From Epiperipatus broadwayi (Eukaryota > Animalia > Onychophora): a stretch of 64,000 bases of DNA. Below the pieces are notes generated by a model. The model was not told where the DNA came from, ran no database searches, and was given only the letters and a program-made list of their open reading frames with translations. Made by a program: the position numbers and the translations under genes. Each line of letters begins with the position of its first letter. The stretch's first letter is position 1. The stretch is from positions 10,664,001 through 10,728,000 of the forward strand of contig JAQFVV010000009.1 of the NCBI GenBank assembly GCA_028023455.1, written 5' to 3'. Positions 53,930 through 64,000 of the stretch are shown here, piece after piece.

Positions 53930-56900
53930 TATCATCATCACCCATTATCAATTCAGTGCAGGATGGAGGTCTCTCCAAATTCAATCCATCTTCTCCGATC
54001 TTTAGCTTATCTTCTCCACATCACCTCTGCACACTTTCTTATTTCATCCATCCACCTCACATGTGGTCTCTTTTTGGGTTTTTTTATAATCTCTTGTAAT
54101 CCAATTTAAGATTTCAATTCTCCATCTATTATCATCTTTTCTAGCAATATGTCCAGCCTAACTCTCCTTGTTTTTTAATTTTTTCAATGAGGTCAGTAAC
54201 ACCTGTTTGTTCTCTTATCCATATATTGTGTTTTTGATCTCTTCTTGTTACTCCCAACATGCATCTCTCCATACTTCTTTGAGTGGTCTGAAATCTCTAT
54301 ATCACTCTTCTATTAAATGTCCAAGTCTCAGATCTATAAATAAGAATGGGTAAAATATATTTATTAAAAATCTTGGTTTTCAAACACATAGGCATATTTC
54401 ATTGTAATATCAAGTTATTTTTACCAAAAGCATTCCAATCAAGTTTAATTCTATGATTAATTTCATCCATTATGTTTCTATCTGTATTAATAATCTGACA
54501 AAGTCATTTTTAGCTGTTAACTTCTTCTAACTCATCATAATCAATCTTTATTTTCATATTTTGAGAAAATCCATTGAACATTACTTTAGTCTTTTTAACA
54601 TTTATCTTTAGTCATACTTTTCTACTTTCATCTGATAACCCCTGAAACATTTCCTGCAGCTCTAAATTATTATTTGCAACAACAACTACATCATCTGCAA
54701 AATTTAAATGACTTAAATAATCTCCTTTACTTTCACTTTTTTAGCTTCCCATTTTAATCCAAAAAATACTTCTTGCAGCACTGCTGTAAAATTTTTTGGA
54801 CATATGGAGTCACTCTGTCTTACACCTTCCTCAATGTTGACTTTCCTGGTATCATTATGTAATCTAATTGTTTTTGTTGCATTTTTATAAATATTCTTTA
54901 AAATATGACAATATCCTGGTTCTATATCTTGATGATCCAAAGCTTTAATCACTGAAGAAATAAGTAATTTAAATTGCACTTTATGCAAAAAAGTGATAAT
55001 CTAAAAATCCAAAGCATAATGGCAACTCATATTTATTTGCCCTTTCTATAATTTCTTTCAATACCTGGATGTAATCTACTATACTAAAACCACATTTAAA
55101 TCCAGTTTATTATCTTGGTTGGTCGAAATCCAATGTTTTCCGTAGATGAATGGTAATTATCTTGGTAAATATTTTGTATAAAACTGATAAAAGGATGATA
55201 GGTCTGTAATTTCTAATATCTTCTTTATCACCTTTTTTAAATATTAATATTAATACTGAATTCTTACAATCATCTGGAACATCTTTATCATTTAGACATT
55301 TGGTATATAACTTTGCTAAAAAAAATTCTATTTCTTCACCTGCTTCTTTTAATATATCAATTATAAATTCCATCATTACATGGAGCCTTTCCTTTCTTCA
55401 TAAATTTAATTGCATGTCTCACTTTTTCATTTAAAATTCTGGGCAACTTGGAATATGTAATAGATATAGGAGGTACATGTTCTTTATTACTACATAATTT
55501 TTGATAGAAGTCTGCTATCCATTTCATGATATCATTTTTCTTTTTAGTAATAATTCCATCTTTTTTTTTATTGCAGATATAAATTTTTTACCAATACCAA
55601 AATGTTGTTTTACACTCTTGAGACTTTTATTTTCTTCGACAGCTTTTCTTGCTAGTTCACAGTTATACTTTTTTTATCAATTAATATTTAATAAACTAGA
55701 TAAAACTTGTTACATTGATTATTATACATTATATAGGCAAATTGAATTGTTCATTGATTTATATGAGACTGTAGATATCTATAACTGGTTGAAAATGCAT
55801 GATGCTTGTGGTGTGGTGAGCTTTTGCAGGATTTCAGCAGAAAGAACTATATTCTATGTTTCATCAGATAACTGCAAGGTGGCCAAGATTTTGTCAAAGT
55901 CTTTGAATTTTTTAATATATGCTGTATATGCCTGCTGGGGATTGAGTAAGCTATTCTCGAAAATAGACTTGCACCTGCTTATATCATTTTCAACTCTTTT
56001 CTGCACTATTTTACAAAATTTATGATATTCAATCCTTTTTAATGCATCATTTTTATATATCTTCATATTCTTTCTTTTCTTCATAAATTCTCTAGTCTCA
56101 GTAGAAATTTTATTGGTCAATTGCTGCTTTTTTCTACCAGCTATCTTTGTTGCAGTTTTTAAAAGTGTATCAGTTATTTTCATATTAATTTTATTCAAAT
56201 CTGAATCATGTTCAAAATCTACTAATACTTAAAACTGATTTGTTAATTCTAATTTAAATTCATTAGAATGTCTCTGAAGATTAGGAATATCAACTGTAAA
56301 TATTGTTTTTCTTAATAATTTTTGTCTCTCTAGTTTTGCATTAACATGTATCTTACATTTTACTAATCGATGGTCACTTCCTGTGTTAAATTTATTAAGA
56401 ACATTACGATCTTGAAATATATATTTTTTGTTAGTCAAAATATAATCGAATTCTGCTGTACCTTCGTTTGGATGCTTCCATGTCCATTTTCCTTTAACGT
56501 TTTTCTCAAAAAAAAAAAAAATTCATAATATAAAGTTTTTCTTTTTCTTCAAACTCCACAAATCTATATCCTCTCTCATTTCTATTACCATAACCAAAAT
56601 TACCTACAGCAAAATTATCTTTGGCACTTTCATCTTTTATTTGTTTACCAATTCTAGCATTAAAGTCTCCCATAACAATTTTAAAATATTGATTACTTTG
56701 ATCAAAAGCCTTTTGTACATTCATATAAAAATCTTCTACTACTTCATCACTATGAGAACTTGTTGGGGCATAAACCTGAATTATCTGCATTTGGTATCTG
56801 CTATTAAGTTGTATAACTAATCTTGCCACTCTCTCCATTACTCCATCAATCTCCACAATGCTGTTCTTCCACTATTTATTTATAATGAATCCTACTCCAT

Positions 56901-57115
56901 TTGTATTTCCAATATTTGTTCTTTTATAGTTGAGTACATGTCCACTTTTTAAATCAAATGTCTCTTCACCTTTTCTTCTAACTTCACAAAGTCCAATAAT
57001 GTCCCATTTAATATGACAGTTCTTCTAATTTTTGCAACCTTCCTTCACTTGAAAGTGATCTGCAGTTGTATCTAAATAAAAATTCATCATCAAAGGGCAC
57101 TTTGGGTCCACAATC
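53930..57115 (-). mobile_element. Near full-length RTE-clade LINE (AP endonuclease and RT), disrupted
   Basis: In order: YNCRSLSSE, DIIGLCEVRR, IQVYAPTS, IVMGDFNARIG (EN); LIFKKGDKEDIRNYRPI, GVRQSDSICP, YLSHLNFADDVVV (RT); (TGA)n 3' tail at ~53931-53940. Multiple stops and frameshifts. Confidence 0.93.
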
Positions 57116-58864
57116 AGTAAATTAAATGTATATGCAGTTATTTAAATTAAATGTACATGAAAATGCAGTTATTAACTAAACCAGTGCTCTTTTATAGTTA
57201 ATACCTTGTGTAAATGCTCATATTATTTAGATTAACATTATCTTTTATACATTATACATAAATTTTTGTAATTAATAATTTTGATATTTGTTATCATTTT
57301 TTAAAAAATGTTTTAAAATTTATATTATTTTTCTTTTCATAAGAAAGGTTATAAACAAATGCATATATATAAGTTGATAAACATTAAATAGATGAATGTT
57401 CGTGTGATTATAGAAGTATTGGATAAAATAATAAACTTATTCATATCCTACATTGAATATCTAGAAAATAATACTATTGAAATGAAAGCACATACATGTA
57501 TTTGTAAAAAATTATATATGACATTGTCGTATTTGTAAAAATATGTATATTGCATGTAATAATTATAAATTATAAGTCTTTTTGAACTCCCGAAAAAGTA
57601 AGGAAATTATTTTAGAGGAATATATATATTTTTAGATCACTTACTGATAAGACTAAAATTAATGAACGTTTGGATAAAGTAATTTAAGGAAAGCGAAAGT
57701 TATATAATTAAATCAGATAGAAAGTAAAAAGGTTTAATTAATGATTTTTTTGAGTAGGATTTAACAATAGAAAATTTTTACTGAATATGTGACTTGCTAA
57801 TTACAAATATTTATTGGTACAATAGAAGTGGAACTGACTAATTAAAAATACCAAGAGGAAAACAAGACTGATAACAATCAAGCATGAACCCTGGATTGTC
57901 CGAGGCCAAACTGTGGGAATAAATAGTGTGTACATTAAAATGCATGGTTCTCATTTCAGTGGATTTACTAAGTGAACTGTTAATGGGAATTTGTAAGGAA
58001 CAGTAGCTGAAAGAAGCTTAGGTGACAGGTCAGCACTCTAGTGTGGAATTAGCATGATTGTGAGCAGCAGATGAATGAACCCAAAGAACTCAGTTAGTGG
58101 AGGATCAAACCAAAGTCTTTGGAAACCGAGTTCAATGTGATGGAGTGTATTAATAACTTTTCACTAGTAATAATATTTCATCATTATTCCAGTCCTTATC
58201 TAAATTTCATTTATTGATTTATTTGTTGGTATTTTGAATGCCTGCATTCCAATATGTAACAGACACTCATTTTATTTATTTCTTCTTGTTCTTAGGGCAT
58301 TCTACAAGTATAAATATTAAAAAAATATGATGTTGATTATAAAATAATTATTGTGATAAAATTATAATAAAAATAATAAAGTATAATGTGATAATATATT
58401 TTATAAATAATTATATTAAACTGCAGAACTACTTTCTATTAATTCCTTAACCTTTTTCATCTAAAAACTATTTATTATTTATCACAAATAAACATCATCA
58501 TATTATATCCCAAGATAAATAATTTTTAATATTTACACATTGTCTATTAATTAAATATATCCTATTTCTATTTATAAAAATGGCTTCCTATATGTATTTG
58601 TAAGTACCATATCTGATATTTTAATGAAACTGAGTATATCTTTTATCTAAGATGGATCTTGAGACTTGCTAGTTTAATATTATTGATCATATTTTGAATG
58701 ATACAGTTGGTTATATATTTTATTTATTTTTTGTTGCAAGATCATTCTCTGAGTATTATAGTTATATATCTATAGTAAAAAGACAAAGTATTTAGAAAAT
58801 ATATTGTTGCTATTGTAAGAATATGCAGAATTAGGGGGAACCTTGGATACAAATAATATAAATT

Positions 58865-59655
58865 AATATAATGAACATGAGAGATCAGCAAGAAATAAGC
58901 TAACTATGTTAACTGTAAGTTAACCAGTATTATCCAAAAGTAATAATCATTCATCATTATGAATGACCAACAATAAAAATAAAATTAACAGTCAACTTGG
59001 GACTGGATTTGAAATGGGTCTTCTATAGACCAGCCTAATTATTTAGCTCATGCCAGTTTGGGGAAGATTATTTGAACAATAATTTGGATTCATAAACTTA
59101 AGTGCTCATTCATAGGAATATGTCAATTAAAACAATAGTGTTGGAGTACTAAAAAATGCTGATCATCATCAATGTCCTGGCCACTTAGTACCATTAATGT
59201 ACTGACCAACTATAAACTTCATTTTTAATAAATACTAAACTAAATAAAATATAGTACATTAATTTTAAAGGATATCCCTTTTCACCATCTAGCATTTGAG
59301 AAGTAATGAAATTATCATCAATTCAATGCCCATAAACACTAAATATAAACCCCTTTTATATGACAGACTTATGCATAAATCCAGCTCAGTGAGCAAAAGC
59401 TCTATAACTACTACTGTGATCATGAGATATAATACAACATATAATAATTTATAATATTTTAGGATTAAATAAATTCATTGGAATAACTTTAACAATGAAA
59501 TATCAATTTATTAATAACAATTAAAATGAAATTTATGTTTTCTGAGTATGCTATAATTGTAAATTTGGCATTCTGATTTTGATTAATACAAAAAAAACAT
59601 GCTATCACATTGTGATTTACCAATATGTCAATAGATTTACATATAACACACACAC

Positions 59656-59691
<36 letters not shown>

Positions 59692-60700
59692 CACACAGAT
59701 GTTCCTATATAAAAAATTACATGTCAGAATTGTGATAAACTAATAATAAAATTCAATAATTCATTTTAATAATTCATAAAGTGTGATTGATTTTAACACA
59801 TATATGTGTCTACATGACACTCATCTACATAAGCACAAACATGCTGTATATACTAAAATTACATGTTAGAATTGTGAAAAACTAATACCAAAATTCAATA
59901 ATTCATTTTAATAATTCATAAAGGGTTGATTTTAACATATATATATATATATGTTTGCATGACACTCATCTACATAAGCACAGACATCCTGTATATACTA
60001 AAATTACATATCAGAATTGTGATAAACTAATAATAAAATTCAATTTGTTTTTTGATACATAAGTGCACACTTATGCTGCACATACAAAATATAGATAATT
60101 CAAATTAAAGCTATTAATTAGTCTCTTATTTTTTAATAGTAAGTAAAAGTTTTTCTTTAAAGAAAACAAACTATTATCATTTGGAAAGTTTCATTTAAAA
60201 TTCAGGTTCTTGTAACCTTATTTTCAATATTTTTTAAAAAAGATCCTCAAAGTTTTCCTCTCTCTTTTATTTATGAACAATATCAGAAACAAATAATTTT
60301 CTAGACACAAATGTCATTTTTTATTTTTATTTTTTTTTATTTTTAGTTGACAAAAGTCATTTACTTTTAAAATTTGTTAATTAGTAATTTTAACTGTCAT
60401 TTTCAAGAAATTATTTAAAATAATATTCTCAATATATATATAACACTCTACTCACCAGCTATACATTATATATATGATGCAGTACATTTATATGTGCTTC
60501 TCTGCATATAGATAAAACAGTATATGTATAAGTGACTTCAGCAGCGGATGGAATCTCTGAGAAATATGGTCCCTTCTAAAACAGTAGATTGGCTTATTGT
60601 CATCTTTAGGAAAGGTATAATATGATAAGTTTTGTCATATATACAGTCAGCTCCATAGTCTAAAATTTGATAGATTTCACAATACCCATTAATATACAAT
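58865..60700 (-). repeat. Triplicated unit, copy 3 (inverted, more diverged, partial)
   Basis: Reverse complement aligns by eye with ~10270-12070 (e.g. gagatcagcaagaaataa at 58881 vs ttatttcttgctgatctc at 12034). Confidence 0.8.
59710..60045. repeat. ~143-bp tandem repeat, ~2.3 copies, within copy 3
   Basis: aaaattaca.....gaattgtga at 59713, 59855 and 60000. Confidence 0.87.
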
Positions 60701-60829
60701 ATATACAAGCTTGTAAATCACAGAAAAGGTGGCCCTGATCCTGAGATTAAGGCTCTGGAATCAATAATTAATGATAGAATTGAATCTTATTTTTGTCATT
60801 GCTGTCAAAAATCCAGTGTGCAAAAACAG

Positions 60830-62520
60830 ACTCGTCAACTGGGCAGGTAGCATTTTTCTGGTAATTGACACAGTCAGAAATAGTATGAAATATATATATC
60901 AGTTGTAGTTCAGCTGGACATCAAATCAGCATTTGATATAATTCCAATCAATATTTTAATCAATGCATTAGCAGATGTATCAATACCTAGATCATTAATC
61001 TACTTGATTATGGATTTTCTTCTAAATCAAGAAAATTCAAATAGCTTTTAGTGGAAAGTACTCATCATTATTCATTTCATTTGACTTTATTACACAAGGT
61101 TTGCCATCAAAATTCTTTTATTCACATTCTATATGAATCTTGTTAATTAAAGAATTAATTACATGGAAGATATAATAATCTTTTAGCCAACAAAAATAAT
61201 AGATATCAAAATTGATGAATTCTAATCAATTACGCAAATAAATATAAATTTGAGTTTAATGTAGAAAAATCCAATGCATGGTCTACATTCAGGATCCCAT
61301 CATGAGCAATATTTTAAAGAAAAGCCTAGAATCATTTGTGGAAAAGCCTAGAATCATTTGTGGAGTATATTTTTGACTTGAGTAACTCTAAAATGTGATC
61401 TGAGATACAAGAAAAAACTAATTAATAAAGTTGAGAATATAAGTAACTTCATTTCAAGGTCATTTTTATTGCTCTATACCAAAGTGGCACCATTCAATCT
61501 CCTAATAGTGACACATATCACATAATATTCACCTATAATAATATACACAAAAGCCTTTTCTTCTAAAATTTATTCATAATGTAGGAAATGATTATGAATA
61601 GGGAATGGCATCAATATCCTTTAATAAGATTCTGTACCCTTGATTTCAAAATAGATTGAGTTTACATTATATAAAAATTTTCCATATTCAAAAAACACTT
61701 AATCTTCTATCATCATGTGGAAAAAGGATTTTTTCATATCTAAAAGTAATTTTTAAAATAATACCCACAAAGAAGCCACTATTTGTATACAAATAAGTTA
61801 TATGCTCCTCTATTATGCATCCTCAATTTAGCATATTGGTCTCTCAAAAATGAATTTAAATAATGAAAGACATATTCAATTTGTGCTCCCCATCAAATAA
61901 TTCTAACAAACTTTTTTTAAACATAATCAATGAGCAGTTGACTAAAAAAATTCAAATAATGTTCTTTAGAATCAAAATACTATGATTTTCTCGTGAAACT
62001 AAATCTTGAAACACTCCCCACTCTTCATTTTTACAGATATAAAAAGAATTGCATTAACAGAAAAATATATGCAAACTATACCAGAGAGAATCAGAAACAA
62101 TCACATATCTCATGTCTGATAATATCTGGTTGAACATCCCCAAAATATCTAAAAAAATTATGACAAACATACCCTTCTTCATATATTAAAAAAGGTATTC
62201 AGGCACACATTCAAATTAGCACATCAATATTATTCTATACCAGGTATACATTTATGTATGCTTCAAATACAAGAAGGCAACTCAATACATTTAGGATCAA
62301 AACAAATATTATACTCATAAGGGATGAGAAAATCTTACCAACTAATATAAGAAACTAAAATGACTCCGCTTGAATTTATGACATCATTCAATATTATAAA
62401 ATGGTGATAGGATCAATAAAACCAAAAAAGTAAAAAAGTTATTAATGCAATAATGTACATAGAAAGATGGAAATCCTATGCAGAAGTCAGAAAATAATGC
62501 TAGGCTGCTCTCAAAATTTT
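60830..62520 (+). mobile_element. Decayed non-RTE LINE relic (RT; RNase H uncertain)
   Basis: QLDIKSAFDIIPINILINAL...LIMDFLLNQ at 60911-61030 is an RT motif. Later motifs are barely recognisable; the 3' boundary is uncertain. Confidence 0.52.
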
Positions 62521-62845
62521 CAATTTTTGTTATACATAGAATTTTTAATTTTTCTCACCTCTTGCAAAGGATAAAAAATATAAATGAATATTATGTCAAC
62601 CACATACCTCTTTTTTGTTTATAATCTCATAGTCTCCTCTTACTCTATTGCAAGTATGTGGTAACTAAGTGCTGTTCTGTAAACATATAGTTCAATAATG
62701 CATTTTAAAACATAAGAAATTATTTACTAAGCATATTATTAATATATGGGATTCAAACTCAGACTTTCACACAACCCTTAACTTTCCATGCCATCTCATA
62801 TTGCTGACCCACCTGATCATACACATGTTGAAAAGATAAATAATC

Positions 62846-62889
62846 ACCAATATACATATTTTATGCTAAACCAGCAATCATCAGTTGGT
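62846..62889 (-). ncRNA. Orphan degenerate hammerhead ribozyme relic
   Basis: Minus strand: ACCAA-CTGATGA-t-tgct/ggttt/agca-t-AAA-ATATGTAT-A-TTGGT; stems I and II still pair. Confidence 0.5.
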
Positions 62890-64000
62890 CCAGATTACTA
62901 TCCTCATACATATATACAATCAGTGCTCAGCTTTATATTAAGATAGCCAATCTTCATGCTTTAATCGGCAGGTTTTCAAACTACTCCAACCCACAACTCT
63001 TCAGCCACCCATTTCATTGAAAATCTGATGATGGAACATTCAAAGTTCACATTAGTGCCAAGTTGTCATCCTACCCATGTTGACCATTTAGTCATTCTGA
63101 CCCCTCATGGTGTACTGGAGAATAATCTATCTACATACATATGCAAGGGATGGGCAGACTTTTATCACACTGGTTTTTTAGCCTATACAGTGTATTAATT
63201 TACATATTTAAGCATATTATTAAAAAAATTACTAGCTGTGAATAAATGTACTATATAAAACTATTTTGGTAAATATAATTTAAAATACATATATATTTTT
63301 TCATTGTCAGTTCACCATTTTGGTTTGTTTCATTTGGAGTACAATCTTTTCTGAATCATAATTCATTAAATAAAAATAAATTGTGAAGAAAAAAACTAAC
63401 CTCCATATACATTTTAAAATTTACCTTTGATACACTTAAACAACGTTTTTTTTTATTTTTGTAATATCTAAACAAGATTTATTTTTTTATGTGATTTAAC
63501 ATCGAGCAAATAAATAATATTTTTAATTTATATTTAGTAACCCTTGATCATATAAAATTGATTATTAACTGCACAATACATAAAATATATTTTCTTTTTT
63601 CTTTTCAAAATAATTTATTATGATGATGAAGATATAATATATTTTTTGTCACAAACAAAATAATGTTTATAAGAATGTTAATAAAGAAAATTCATTGAAT
63701 GAACTATTTGATTTAATGTACACATTTTAAAATTTAATATTAATACACTTTGTTATTGTATATGATCAAAGTATGTTTTGACTACTTACTGTATTAAATG
63801 AAAGTAACTTTTTTTTTTTTGTAGTCTTTTAATGATAAAATTTTTTATTTCAAATATGTTGTAAATAAGAACATTGATTGTCTTGCAAAGGATATTTTGC
63901 ATAGTTTAGTGCTGTTGTAGAGTGTTCAAATTGAGATCAGTAGGTTCCAGGATCAGTTCTGGTGTCCACAATTCCAATAGTCAAACTTAACTTCTGAGCA

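Noticed and set aside
55501-56025. 174-aa plus-strand ORF
   Set aside because: Antisense to the RTE LINE coding strand.

Overview
This is very AT-rich, strongly CpG-depleted eukaryotic DNA, invertebrate-like and intronic or intergenic in character. No complete intact protein-coding gene was recognised. Mobile elements dominate: a near full-length but disrupted RTE-clade LINE (53930-57115, minus), older LINE relics, and several Penelope-like element (PLE) relics with RT and GIY-YIG motifs. There are also TSD-flanked inverted-repeat insertions with PLE terminal-repeat architecture. One of these (38039-39004) carries three minimal type-I hammerhead ribozymes, two with intact cores. Another (14855-16094) carries two reciprocally CpG-decayed hammerheads, each directly downstream of a tRNA-like A/B-box head. 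A 2-3.5 kb unit of unknown nature occurs three times (two tandem copies and one inverted) and provides empty-site controls for the insertions. Other features include a young TSD-flanked tRNA-derived SINE, long palindromes, tandem duplications, a ~1 kb GATA/GACA/GGTA microsatellite and a few low-confidence short exons. All calls come from manual motif reading; no searches were run, and boundaries of old relics are approximate.
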